Positions 35,822-45,315 of a stretch of DNA of 64,000 nt are shown piece by piece. The notes below the pieces were generated by a model that made no database searches, had not been told where the DNA came from, and was given only the letters and a program-made list of their open reading frames with translations. The position numbers and the translations under genes are program-made. Each line of letters begins with the position of its first letter. Within the stretch, counting starts at the first letter, position 1. This stretch comes from an uncultured beta proteobacterium (GTDB lineage: Bacteria > Pseudomonadota > Gammaproteobacteria > Burkholderiales > SG8-41): contig CAIVHG010000083.1 in assembly GCA_903905655.1 (NCBI GenBank), positions 2,785 to 66,784 of the forward strand, read 5' to 3'.

Positions 35822-36797
35822 TTACTCGTCGCGGATGTCGAGCGCTTTGATCAGCTTGCCCATGATAGCGATGTCCGACCTGACTGCACTCGTCAGCACC
35901 TCGGGCGGGCCGCCGGCCACGTCGAAACCGAGCTTCTCCAGGCTTTCCTTCACTGCGGGCCGGTTCAGCACCTGCCCGATCTCGCGGTTCAGCCTCGCAA
36001 CCACTGCGGCCGGCGTTTTGGCCGGCACGAAAAGACCCGTGACCGCTGTCACCCGGTAGTCCGGCAGCCCGGCACTCGCCACTGTCGGCAAATTCGGGAC
36101 GCGGGTGAAGGCTGCGGACTGGTGATGGCCAGCGCCTTTACGCGGCCTATCCGTACGTGCCAGGTGACTGATGACGCGCCGGGAAACATGAGCTGCACTT
36201 CGCCGCTCATCAGCGCGTTGAGCGCGGAAACGATGCCCTTATAAGAAATGCGCACGACGTTGATGTGCGCCAAGGACTTGAATAGCTCGGCTGAGAGGTG
36301 GTTCACCGTGCCGGTGGCTGCGGACGAGTAGTTGAGCTCCCCCGGCCGTGCTCTGGCGAGCGCGATCAACTCCTTCACCGAGCGCACTGGCAAAGAAGGA
36401 TGCACGGCGAGCACGCTGTATTGCCGCGTCGCGAGCACAATGGGCGCGAAGTCCCGCTCGACATCGTAGCCCACGTTGCTGCGCATCAGCGGCAGGAGCC
36501 AAAAGGTGTTGCCGTAGTAGAGCAGCGTGTGACCGTCCGCGGGAGACTTTGCAACGGCTTCTCCGGCAAGCGAGCCGCCGCCGCGATTCTCTACGATGAC
36601 GGGCTGGCCCATGCTCGCCGTCAGGTTCTGTGCAATGAGCCGGATCGCCGCGTCATTTCCGCCGCCGGCTTCCGAGGCGAGAATGCGTATAGGCCTGGTT
36701 GGAAACTCGGGCGCAGCGGCCTGTGCCGTGCCGTGCCGTGCACGCACGCGGCAACCGGCACTACTGCCAGCGCAGCGTATAACCGATTGCGTTTCAT
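35822..36797 (-). pseudogene. Bug/TctC-family periplasmic binding protein, disrupted by two frameshifts
   Basis: The gene is split across three reading frames. The signal peptide MKRNRLYAALAVVPVAACVHGTA runs from the ATG at 36797. The core PTRPIRILASEAGGGNDAAIRL...RVKALAITSPQ lies in ORF 36049..36747. The C-terminus LPTVASAGLPDYRVTAVTGLFVPAKTP...IRDE lies in ORF 35822..36091. All three align colinearly with the intact paralogue next door. Confidence 0.75.
36726..36740. repeat. Pentanucleotide tandem repeat (CCGTG)x3, preceded by a degenerate CTGTG unit
   Basis: Direct reading gives ctgtg-ccgtg-ccgtg-ccgtg. It lies in the signal-peptide coding region of the Bug pseudogene and coincides with the first frame change. 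Confidence 0.85.
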
Positions 36798-36810
36798 TTC
36801 GCTATTCACT

Positions 36811-37764
36811 TTAATCATCCCGAATGCCGAGTTCCTTGATCAACGCACCCAGAACATTGACTTCGGTCCTGACGGTGTCTGCGAGGACTTGTGCCGTGCT
36901 TCCTACCGTCTCGATTCCCGCGTCCATCATGCGCTGCCGTACTTCCGCGTGCGCAAGAATTCTGACGGCTTCCTGATTGATGCGCGCGATCACTGCGGCA
37001 GGGTTACGCGATGGGGCGAAAATGCCCCAGGTGGAGCGAAACTCATAGCCGGGCAGGCCGGTTTCCGCAATTGTCGGCAGGCCAGGCGCAAGCCGGGAAG
37101 GCTTCATGCTCCCGACGCCCAAGCCGCGCAGCCTTCCGGATTTCATATGCGACATTACGGATCCTGCAGTCGTGACCACGGCCTGCACCTGGTTCGCCAT
37201 GACCGCGTTCACTGCGGGCGCGGCGCCTTTGTATGGAATGCGCACGATGTTGATTCCCGCCTTCGCCTTGAACAATTCCATGGCCAGATGCGGCACGCTG
37301 CCGGGACCGCCCCCGCCGTAATTGAGCACACCTGGGCGCGCTTTCGCCAGCGCGATCAATTCGGCAGCGCTGGTCGCGGCGACCGACGGATGCACGACCA
37401 GCACCCCTGGAGACGCGACTGCGAGCGTGATCGGCGCAAAGTCGCGGATCGGATCGTAGCCGATCTTCTCCCTCATTAATGGCGCCAGCCACAGCGTGCT
37501 TCCATAGCAGAGAAGCGTGCAGCCGTCGGGTGCGGCACGCGCCGCCATGGTGCCGGTGATGGCGGCGCTGCCGCGATTTTCGACGATCACTGCCTGGCCT
37601 AAGGCCGCGGCCAGACCCTGCACAATGATGCGCGTGGCGACATCATTGATGCCGGCGGTCTCACTGGTGATGATGCGCACCGGCTTCGTGGGATAATTTT
37701 GAGCGGCGGCGGGAAGCGCCGCGCAGAGCAGCGCGGCCAGCGCGAATTGCCAGGCCCGTTTCAT
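36811..37764 (-). CDS. Bug/TctC-family tripartite tricarboxylate transporter substrate-binding protein (intact)
   Basis: Signal peptide MKRAWQFALAALLCAALPAAAQ, then NYPTKPVRII...VENRGSAA...LPTIAETGLPGYEF... The ATG at 37764 is preferred. Confidence 0.85.
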   Translation of the reverse strand: MKRAWQFALAALLCAALPAAAQNYPTKPVRIITSETAGINDVATRIIVQGLAAALGQAVIVENRGSAAITGTMAARAAPDGCTLLCYGSTLWLAPLMREKIGYDPIRDFAPITLAVASPGVLVVHPSVAATSAAELIALAKARPGVLNYGGGGPGSVPHLAMELFKAKAGINIVRIPYKGAAPAVNAVMANQVQAVVTTAGSVMSHMKSGRLRGLGVGSMKPSRLAPGLPTIAETGLPGYEFRSTWGIFAPSRNPAAVIARINQEAVRILAHAEVRQRMMDAGIETVGSTAQVLADTVRTEVNVLGALIKELGIRDD

Positions 37765-37896
37765 TTCCTCTCCTATATACAAGCTTGCTATACCAGCTTG
37801 CGAATTTCCGGATTGCGCGCTCGGCATCCGCCCATCAAGCGATGGCAGCACTGTGGGATAATCGCTGCCTCAAGTCAATAACGAGCAGAGACTGCC

Positions 37897-38922
37897 ATGA
37901 TCGACATGCACGCGCATGTGAGACCCGCAGAGCTCATCGAAATATTTCGCGCGCACCCGCGCCCGCCGCACATCGTGCGCAATGCCGGTGGTGCAGAAGT
38001 CCTGAGGACCAGTTTCGGCGAGCAGCCCATGGAGTCGTTCGACGACGTGGCTGCGTACGTCGAACAGATGGACCGCCTGTGCGTAGAGACCAGCGTCGTC
38101 TCCGACCCGGTTGTGTTTCGCTGGAGCGACGCGCAGTCCGACGCGGCTTCGGTGAACCTGTTCCGGCAGGTGAACGCGGTGTACTCGCGCATGTCGGAGA
38201 AATAGCCCGGACGCTTCGTGGCATTTGCCGCACTGCCTAGCGGTGACATTGCGCTTGCCGCTTCCGCGCTCGAGCGCGCACTGCTGCTTCCGGGCATCGT
38301 CGGCGTGCAGTTCCCCGGCAACGCCTTCCTCACGCGGCAGGATGCGCTAGCCATGCATCCGCTGCTGGAGGCGGCGAATCGCAGCCGCGCCATCGTCTTC
38401 ATCCACCATGGACCGCGTCCCGGAGATAAATACCCGATCTACGGCCGCCGGGACATCGACAATCCCAGCCCGCGCTATCAGACGCTCGATATGCAGGCGA
38501 GCATCTCCTCGATCATGGTCACGCTGTGCCTGACCGACATTCTCGATCCGTACCCCGACCTGCAGGTCTACACGCACAATCTGGGAGGCAACATCGCCTA
38601 CAAGGTCGAGCGCATGGACCACCGTTCAATCATATTCACGCCGGACGAAGAGCTGCCCTCGGCGCGCTTCCGGCGCTCGAAGGTCATCGTCGACTGCAAT
38701 TCATTCGGACCGCATGCGATCGAGGCCGCCATCCGGCTGTATGGCGCCGGGCGCATCGTTTGCGGGACCGACGGCACCGCATTCGGCGTGGAGTGGACGA
38801 CGAATGCGCTGCGCAACGCCGCCATCGACGATGCATCTCGCGCGGGCATCCTCGCGGGCAATGCTCGGTCAATGCTCGCGCAATTCTCTGACGCTGCGCG
38901 CCGCGAGTCAGCAGCTGCGTAG
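37897..38922 (+). pseudogene. Amidohydrolase-2 (ACMSD-like) family gene interrupted by an in-frame TAG
   Basis: ORFs 37897..38205 (MIDMHAHV...SRMSEK*) and 38218..38922 share one frame. The sequence gag aaa TAG ccc gga cgc ttc reads EK*PGRFVAFAALP, where family members have Y-P-x-RF. It is a single 341-codon frame with one stop at 38203..38205. Confidence 0.7.
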
Positions 38923-39086
38923 ATCGATTAGAACGGTCCGGACGCGTTCGCGCGACCTACTGCCTACCGCCGCCACACGCTTTGAAAAAACGCGCAGCGT
39001 GAGCATCGTGCATACCCTCGCTTTTTCGGATAACCAATTCGCAGCTTGAGGCGTTAAGCAGGGTAATACCCAGCACGGGGCCGCTT

Positions 39087-39761
39087 ATGTCCATCACTGA
39101 TTGGCCGGTCGACGACCGGCCGCGCGAAAAGCTGCTGAACAAAGGCCCTTACGCGCTTTCGGACGCAGAGCTGCTGGCGATCTTTCTGCGCACCGGTACG
39201 CGGGGCAAGAGCGCGGTAGATCTTGCGCGCGCGCTGCTTACCCGCTTCGGCTCGCTATCGGCGCTGTCGGCAGCGGACGCGCGGCACCTCTGCGGGCAGC
39301 CTGGCATCGGGCCCGCCAAGTACGCGCAGCTCCAGGCGGTGATGGAAATGGCGCGCCGCGCGCTCCGGGAGCAGATCGCGCATGGCAGCGCACTCAACTC
39401 CGCGGCGGCGGCACGCGACTACCTGCGCCTGAAGCTCGCCGGGCTGCCGCACGAGATTTTCGTCGCCGTGTTTCTGGATGCCCAGCACCGGGTGCTGGCG
39501 ATCGAGGATCTATTCCGCGGCACGCTGACGCAAACCAGCGTCTACCCGCGGGAGGTCGTGAAACGGGCGCTGGATCACAACGCCGGCGCCGTCATCTTTG
39601 CGCACAACCATCCGTCGGGCGTCGCCGAGCCCAGCCATGCCGACGAGGCGCTGACCCAGGCGCTGAAGCAGGCGCTGGCGCTGATCGACGTGCGGGTGCT
39701 CGATCACTTCATCGTTGCCGGCAACGGCATGCTGTCGCTGGCCGAGCGCGGGCTGCTGTAG
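39087..39761 (+). CDS. radC: RadC-family (JAMM/MPN) protein
   Basis: 224 aa. N-terminus [36 protein letters not shown] and JAMM motif HNHPSG. Confidence 0.9.
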   Translation: MSITDWPVDDRPREKLLNKGPYALSDAELLAIFLRTGTRGKSAVDLARALLTRFGSLSALSAADARHLCGQPGIGPAKYAQLQAVMEMARRALREQIAHGSALNSAAAARDYLRLKLAGLPHEIFVAVFLDAQHRVLAIEDLFRGTLTQTSVYPREVVKRALDHNAGAVIFAHNHPSGVAEPSHADEALTQALKQALALIDVRVLDHFIVAGNGMLSLAERGLL

Positions 39762-39834
39762 GGGTTCCGCGAGGTGTGCGGCCTTGGAGTTCCTAAAGCC
39801 TTGATTGCTCGGCCTTCTGACCCTAAAGAGGCAC

Positions 39835-39864
39835 TTGGTCAAAACACTCAAAATAGTGTAGAAT
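39835..39864 (+). promoter_or_regulatory. Sigma-70-type promoter for rpmB-rpmG
   Basis: TTGGTC-18 nt-TAGAAT, with TG immediately 5' of the -10 hexamer, about 33 nt upstream of the rpmB ATG. Pattern match only. Confidence 0.4.
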
Positions 39865-39896
39865 CGCGCCTCTTTCAAGGAATCTGGAGCTACACC

Positions 39897-40133
39897 ATGT
39901 CACGGGTGTGTGAAATCACTGGCAAGAAGCCGCAAATGGGGAACAACGTTTCCCACGCCAACAACAAGACGCGCCGCCGCTTCCTGCCCAACCTGCAGTA
40001 CCGCCGTCTCTGGGTCGAAAGCGAAAACCGCTGGATCCGGATGCGCATCACCCAGAATGCTCTGCGCACCATCGACAAAAAGGGCATCGATGCGGTGCTC
40101 GCCGAGATGCGTGCGCGCGGCGAACAGATCTAA
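39897..40133 (+). CDS. rpmB: 50S ribosomal protein L28
   Basis: 78 aa. [34 protein letters not shown]. Confidence 0.95.
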   Translation: MSRVCEITGKKPQMGNNVSHANNKTRRRFLPNLQYRRLWVESENRWIRMRITQNALRTIDKKGIDAVLAEMRARGEQI

Positions 40134-40144
40134 GGAGATAAGAC

Positions 40145-40300
40145 ATGCGAGACAAGATCAAGCTCGAATCCACGGCCGGCACCGGGCACTTCTACACCAC
40201 CGCCAAGAACAAGCGCACCACGCCCGACAAGATCGAAATGATGAAATTCGACCCCGTCGCGCGCAAACACGTGCTCTACAAGGAAACGAAGATCAAGTAA
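40145..40300 (+). CDS. rpmG: 50S ribosomal protein L33
   Basis: 51 aa, below the ORF-track cutoff. [58 protein letters not shown] upstream. Confidence 0.9.
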   Translation: MRDKIKLESTAGTGHFYTTAKNKRTTPDKIEMMKFDPVARKHVLYKETKIK

Positions 40301-40321
40301 GCGCGCTGTAGCAGCGCCAGC

Positions 40322-40352
40322 AAAAAAGCCCGCACACAGCGGGCTTTTTTAT
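40322..40352. terminator. Bidirectional rho-independent terminator
   Basis: AAAAAA-GCCCGC-ACACA-GCGGGC-TTTTTTATT, between convergent rpmG and the desaturase gene. Confidence 0.75.
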
Positions 40353-40371
40353 TGGCGCTGCCGCTGCTTAA

Positions 40372-41556
40372 CTAGGTCGCCCGCAGCACGTAGCAGCGCA
40401 GACGTTTCGAGAAATCCCGCAGGGCAACGATTCCGCTCGCCTCGGCGCGATGACACCAGTCTTCGAGCTGGTGCACCAACTGCTCCTTGGTCGCGGTCGA
40501 ACGCGCCCACACCGCAACCAAATCCCGGCGCATCGAACAAACGGTGTCGAGCACGCTGCTGTGGCGCTGCATCTCACGCATGCGCTCGAGTTCGGGCGCG
40601 CTCAGATGCTGCTCGTCGCTATGCAGCCAGCGCTTGACGAGGCGACGATCAGCCAGCACCGCGCGCGCCTTGAGATGGCGAATTTCCTCAGCGCAGGTGC
40701 GCTTGACCGAAACCGCGTAACGCGCGAGCACATCGTAACGATGTGCGATGACCGCCTGCAATGTATCCGCATCGCATTGTGACTTGCGCTCGAGCTTGAT
40801 CCTGGGCGCGACCCGCTTTACCTGCGCGAGCCCGACGAACGCCAGCAGGCGGATATAAATCCAGCCAATATCGAGTTCCCACCACTGGCTCGAAAGCCGC
40901 GCCGAGGAGGCGTAGGCATGATGATTATTGTGCAGTTCCTCGCCGCCGATGATGATGCCCCACGGCACGATATTGCGGCTCGCATCCCCGGTCTGGAATT
41001 TACGATAACCCCAGTAGTGCCCGATGCCGTTTACGATGCCCGCGGCAAAAATCGGAATCCACATCATCTGCACCGCCCAGATCGTGATGCCGATGAATCC
41101 GAACAGCGCAACATTGACGACCATCATCAGCGAGACGCCTAGCAGCGAGTGCCGGGTATAAAGGTTGCGTTCTATCCAGTCTTCGGGCGTGCCCTGCCCG
41201 AAGCGCTCCTGGATCTCGTGATTGCGGCCCGCCTGTTTATAGAGCTCGGCGCCCTGCCAAAATACCGTCCCGATCCCGCGCACCACCGGACTGTGAGGAT
41301 CGTCAGCCGTCTCGCAATACGCGTGATGCTTGCGATGCACGGCGGTCCACTCCTTGGTCACCATGCCGGTCGTCAGCCACAGCCAGAAGCGAAAGAAATG
41401 GCTGACCAGCGGATGCAGTTCCAGCGCACGGTGCGCCGAATGGCGGTGCAGGTAAATCGTAACCGCGGCAATGGTGATGTGGGTAAAGCCCAGCGTGACG
41501 GAGACATAGCCCCACCACGGCAATTGCAATAAACCCGAGTACACGCCTGAAAACAT
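40372..41556 (-). CDS. Membrane fatty-acid (acyl-lipid delta-9 type) desaturase, DesA-like
   Basis: 394 aa from the ATG at 41556. Histidine boxes HRHSAH, HRKHH and HNNHH. The longer ORF-track start would overlap the upstream PLD gene and is rejected. Confidence 0.85.
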   Translation of the reverse strand: MFSGVYSGLLQLPWWGYVSVTLGFTHITIAAVTIYLHRHSAHRALELHPLVSHFFRFWLWLTTGMVTKEWTAVHRKHHAYCETADDPHSPVVRGIGTVFWQGAELYKQAGRNHEIQERFGQGTPEDWIERNLYTRHSLLGVSLMMVVNVALFGFIGITIWAVQMMWIPIFAAGIVNGIGHYWGYRKFQTGDASRNIVPWGIIIGGEELHNNHHAYASSARLSSQWWELDIGWIYIRLLAFVGLAQVKRVAPRIKLERKSQCDADTLQAVIAHRYDVLARYAVSVKRTCAEEIRHLKARAVLADRRLVKRWLHSDEQHLSAPELERMREMQRHSSVLDTVCSMRRDLVAVWARSTATKEQLVHQLEDWCHRAEASGIVALRDFSKRLRCYVLRAT

Positions 41557-41674
41557 ATTGCACCTCATAGGTAGCATTGCGGCGAAGTGTACCGAAAAGC
41601 CGCTAGCTAGCATAGCGCTATTTCGGGACGGTATTGCGGAGGCTGCAGAGCGCTGTCTCCGCCCGTGAATACCG

Positions 41675-42262
41675 CTAATGCGGCAACGGAATGGCGTGGG
41701 CGCGGTGCTGCTCCCAGTTGCGCCGGTAAGCCTCGCACAAAACGGGGTTGTCGCGCAGCACCAACACATTCTCGGCATTTCGAAATTGCGCCGCCTGGGT
41801 GAAATTGTAGCTGCCGGTGATGACCGCGCAGCGCGCATTGCGGGGATCGATCAGCATGATCTTGTTGTGCGCGAGCGCGTGCTCGCTATCAAGCAGCACG
41901 CTGACGCCCGCACGCGCGACCACCGGCACCATGCCGCGCACGTCCTGCGCTGCCTGCTCGCGATCGGCGACGACCGTGACCTCGACTCCGCGCCGCTGCG
42001 CCTTGATCAATGCTTCTGCAATCTGCCGGTGGGTGAAGCTGTAGGCCTGCACCAGCACCTGCTCGCGCGCACCCGCGATGGCATCAATGATCACCTCATC
42101 TGCGCGGTCTCCCGGGGTGAACGCGTATTGCACGCTGCCGGCGGCGGGAATCGGCGCCGGCTTCAATGCATATGCGCTGGGCGCGATCAGCGCGGCGCCG
42201 ATGACGATCGCCGCCACAGCGATGCGATGCACCGCTTGCGGGTACGCGCCGCCGATTTGCAT
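41675..42262 (-). CDS. Secreted phospholipase D/Nuc-family (single HKD) protein
   Basis: Signal peptide ...AVAAIVIGAALIAPSAYA and HKD motif HNKIMLID...GSYNFT. The start overlaps the upstream stop (ATGA). Confidence 0.8.
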   Translation of the reverse strand: MQIGGAYPQAVHRIAVAAIVIGAALIAPSAYALKPAPIPAAGSVQYAFTPGDRADEVIIDAIAGAREQVLVQAYSFTHRQIAEALIKAQRRGVEVTVVADREQAAQDVRGMVPVVARAGVSVLLDSEHALAHNKIMLIDPRNARCAVITGSYNFTQAAQFRNAENVLVLRDNPVLCEAYRRNWEQHRAHAIPLPH

Positions 42263-43509
42263 CAGCAGCGCTCCATCACCGCAGCGAAAAAGCCGTCGCA
42301 TCCGTGGCGATGCGGATAGAGCTCGAGAAAATCACCGGTGTCGAGCGCGATCTGCTGCTCGGCCAGTATATCCCGCGCGGGCTTCAGCACGAACTGCGGG
42401 TGCGCGGCGAGAAAGGCCGCGACCACGTCCTGGTTTTCGCAACGCAGCAGGCTGCAGGTCGCGTAGACCAGCCGCCCTCCGGGCTTGAGGAGTGCAGAGG
42501 CTGCGTTAAGAATCGACGCCTGCTTGAGCATGAGCTCCGCGACCGAGGCTTCCGATTGCCGCCACTTGAGATCGGGATTGCGGCGCAGCGTGCCCATGCC
42601 GCTGCAGGGCGCATCGACCAGCACGCGGTCGATCTTGCCGGCCAGCCGCTTCACCTTGGAGTCGTGCTCGTCGCGCAGCAATTGCGGATACACGTTGGAC
42701 AACCCGGAGCGCTTGAGCCGGGGTTTGAAGCGGGTGAGCCGCGGCTGCGAGATTTCGTACGCATAGAGACGGCCGAGCGACTGCATGAGCGCGCCCAGGG
42801 CGAGCGTCTTGCCGCCCGCCCCCGCGCAGAAATCAATCACCATCTCACGCCGCTTCGGCGCGAGCAGGCAGCAGGCGAGCTGGCTGCTTTCATCCTGCAC
42901 CTCCACCACGCCACTGGTGTAGAGCGTGTGGCGGTTGAGCGCGGGCTTGCTTTCGAGGCGTATGCCGAATGGGGAATAGGGCGTGGGCCGCGCTGCGATC
43001 CCCTCCTGAGCGAACCGCGCCAGCACCGAGCTGCGGCTTGCTAGCAGGGTGTTGACTCTGAGGTCGAGCGGCGCCGCCTGCTGCAGCACGCGCCCCAGTG
43101 TGAGGATTTCCTCCCGCGGCATCTGTGCAGCCAGCCGCTCAACCAGCCATTCCGGCAGTTCGGCTGCGACATGGAGAGGCAGCTCGACACCGGGCTGCCG
43201 CTTGTGCTCGGCTGCCCATTGCGCATCCGCGCGGCTGACCAGTGGCGCGAGTTCGCGCAGGCTCATGCCCTGCACGCTGTTGAAATAGGCCAACAGCAGG
43301 CGCACCGCCGTGTCTGCGCCGGTATGGAATTCGAGCCCGTAGCGATGGCGCAAAACGCCATAAACCGATTCCGCAACCACCCCGCGGTCATGCGGTCCGA
43401 GCTCGCGATGAATGCGAAAATAATGCGAGAGCGCCAGATCGGCGGGTTCGCTCATGGGAAGCACGCGCCCCAGTGCGGCGACGGCATGATGCATTTGTGC
43501 GGCGATCAT
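42262..43509 (-). CDS. RsmB/NOP2/Sun-family RNA cytosine-C5 methyltransferase
   Basis: 415 aa. SAM motif DFCAGAGGKTLAL and catalytic DAPCSG...TCS. Confidence 0.8.
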   Translation of the reverse strand: MIAAQMHHAVAALGRVLPMSEPADLALSHYFRIHRELGPHDRGVVAESVYGVLRHRYGLEFHTGADTAVRLLLAYFNSVQGMSLRELAPLVSRADAQWAAEHKRQPGVELPLHVAAELPEWLVERLAAQMPREEILTLGRVLQQAAPLDLRVNTLLASRSSVLARFAQEGIAARPTPYSPFGIRLESKPALNRHTLYTSGVVEVQDESSQLACCLLAPKRREMVIDFCAGAGGKTLALGALMQSLGRLYAYEISQPRLTRFKPRLKRSGLSNVYPQLLRDEHDSKVKRLAGKIDRVLVDAPCSGMGTLRRNPDLKWRQSEASVAELMLKQASILNAASALLKPGGRLVYATCSLLRCENQDVVAAFLAAHPQFVLKPARDILAEQQIALDTGDFLELYPHRHGCDGFFAAVMERC

Positions 43510-43516
43510 TTTCTTC

Positions 43517-44569
43517 TTAATCCTTACTCACGCGTATATCGGTCACCACCTGCTCGCCCGCAAACTCACCGTCGCGATCGAAGAACATGATGCGCACTGG
43601 CAGCAGCCGATAGGCTGGCGCCAGCCACAATTCTATGGTTTCCTGGCCGCGGCCGTGCACCTGCTTTACCGGTAGCGCGCGCAGCGTACCCATCGGGGTA
43701 TCCAAAGACACTTCGGCGCCGACCTCGAGCTCGTATTGCTCGAGCTTCCAGCCGTTGCTGATCGAAAGTTTTAGGAGGCCGGACGAAAGCGGCATCAGCC
43801 CCAGCTGATACATGAAACTCAGCATGTCCTGCGTTCCGGTTGGCAGCGTCAGGCTCTGCCGGGGATCACCGATTGCGGCCTGCATCGCGTTCCAGTTGAA
43901 ATCAGCCGTCACATCCTCGCTACGCCCCGACCGTACGCGCCGGTTGATGAAGCGCTCCGGCTGCAAACCGCCTGCGGTCAGCTTGCCGCGGCTTTCCGCG
44001 CTGATGCGCTGATCGACGAAGATCGCTGCGAGCCCGGTGGTTTCAGAATGGCTGGTCAGTGTATAGCCGTCGTCGGAGAGCTCCCAGGTCTGTACCGTAC
44101 GTCCAACCTGGAAGCGCTGGCTGCCCAGATAAAGTGCGTAATCGATTTCGCCCTTGCGCGGCAGGCGGCGTGCGACGATCGCTGGCGCGGCCGCGGGTAT
44201 TGGCTGCTCCACTGCTGCGGGGGCCGGCGCTGCTGCTTCTGCCGCGAGCGGCGGTGGCGCTGCGTCCAGAGCGGCCGGTTGCGCTGATGCTGCGGGCGCA
44301 GCCCCTTGTGGCTGAAGAATTTCGATCTGCGCAGCGGGCGCCGAGTACACCAGTGGCGCAGATGCGATCGCGGGCTGAGCAGTGCGCGCGCGGACCTGTC
44401 TGACACGGGGCCACTGCACCAATCGCGGCGCAGGCAAGGAAGCCGGCGCGAGCCGTGCGGTGATTACCGTGGAGTCGCGAACGGGCTGCGGCAGATGCAA
44501 CGGCACGCCGTACAGCATCAGCAGATGCCCCAACAAAGACACGACCAGAAAGCCCGCGAGCCTGCGCAT
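43517..44569 (-). CDS. DUF3108-like protein with an N-terminal anchor and a long Ala/Pro-rich linker
   Basis: 350 aa. The C-terminal beta-rich domain is homologous to the next gene (shared block TQDxLSxMYQ...). The family name is recalled, not searched. Confidence 0.6.
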   Translation of the reverse strand: MRRLAGFLVVSLLGHLLMLYGVPLHLPQPVRDSTVITARLAPASLPAPRLVQWPRVRQVRARTAQPAIASAPLVYSAPAAQIEILQPQGAAPAASAQPAALDAAPPPLAAEAAAPAPAAVEQPIPAAAPAIVARRLPRKGEIDYALYLGSQRFQVGRTVQTWELSDDGYTLTSHSETTGLAAIFVDQRISAESRGKLTAGGLQPERFINRRVRSGRSEDVTADFNWNAMQAAIGDPRQSLTLPTGTQDMLSFMYQLGLMPLSSGLLKLSISNGWKLEQYELEVGAEVSLDTPMGTLRALPVKQVHGRGQETIELWLAPAYRLLPVRIMFFDRDGEFAGEQVVTDIRVSKD

Positions 44570-44589
44570 GTGTGCGGTCGCTCCAAGCG

Positions 44590-45315
44590 TTACTTGAATT
44601 CAAGCCGAGTGATCGTCTGCTGAAATCTGGAGCCGTCGTTTTCGATGATCAGGAGCTGCACCGGAAAAAAATTCATTTCCGATGCCAGCCATACTTCGGT
44701 CCCGTTCTCTCCGGGATCGCGCTGCTTGGCGAGATGCAGCGTTTCAATTTTTCCCAGCGGCGTATCGAGGCGCTCGCGGCCGACTAGCCGGTAGTGATAG
44801 GGCTCGATCTTCCTGCCGTTGGTCATCTGAAATGCGAAGTCCGACAGCCGCTCGGCGGGCAGGTACATGAACTGGTACATCACGGACAGCCGGTCCTGCG
44901 TGCCCGCGGCGAGCGCTGCACTTTCGCTGCGGCTCTCGTAGCTCATGCGCAGCTGCCCACGTGCCCAGTCGAAGGCGGCGCTCGAGTTCTTGCTGGCATC
45001 ATCCTGGCGCGTGTACTCGTACTGCTCGGGGCGCAGCCCGTTCGCAGTTACGTTGCCGCTGCTCTTGCTCTCGAGCCGGGTGCGCAGGAATGCGGCGAGC
45101 AGGGGCGTGGGCACGCTCGTGCTCACTACCTGATAACGCGCGCCCGTCACGTGGAACTCCTCTTCGATCAGGCCTATATGCAGCGCGTCCTTGTATAGGT
45201 CATAGCTCGCCTTGGCCGATTGCGGGGCCGCGGCGCACGCCATAGACGCTGCGCATAGCGCGAGCCAGGCGCACGCCAGCAAACCTAAGTTCAGGCTTCG
45301 CACGCAGGCGAACAC
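44590..45315 (-). CDS. DUF3108-like secreted protein (paralogue of the preceding gene)
   Basis: 241 aa with a signal peptide (LGLLACAWLALCAASMACAAA). A GTG at 45303 is an alternative start. It overlaps the purN 3' end slightly. Confidence 0.6.
   Translation of the reverse strand: MFACVRSLNLGLLACAWLALCAASMACAAAPQSAKASYDLYKDALHIGLIEEEFHVTGARYQVVSTSVPTPLLAAFLRTRLESKSSGNVTANGLRPEQYEYTRQDDASKNSSAAFDWARGQLRMSYESRSESAALAAGTQDRLSVMYQFMYLPAERLSDFAFQMTNGRKIEPYHYRLVGRERLDTPLGKIETLHLAKQRDPGENGTEVWLASEMNFFPVQLLIIENDGSRFQQTITRLEFK

Noticed and set aside
38203-38205. The in-frame TAG as programmed recoding (pyrrolysine or read-through).
   Set aside because: There is no pyl gene context or recoding signal, and the lineage is not known to use Pyl. 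Adjacent genes also carry inactivating lesions, so a nonsense mutation or a sequencing error is the simpler explanation.
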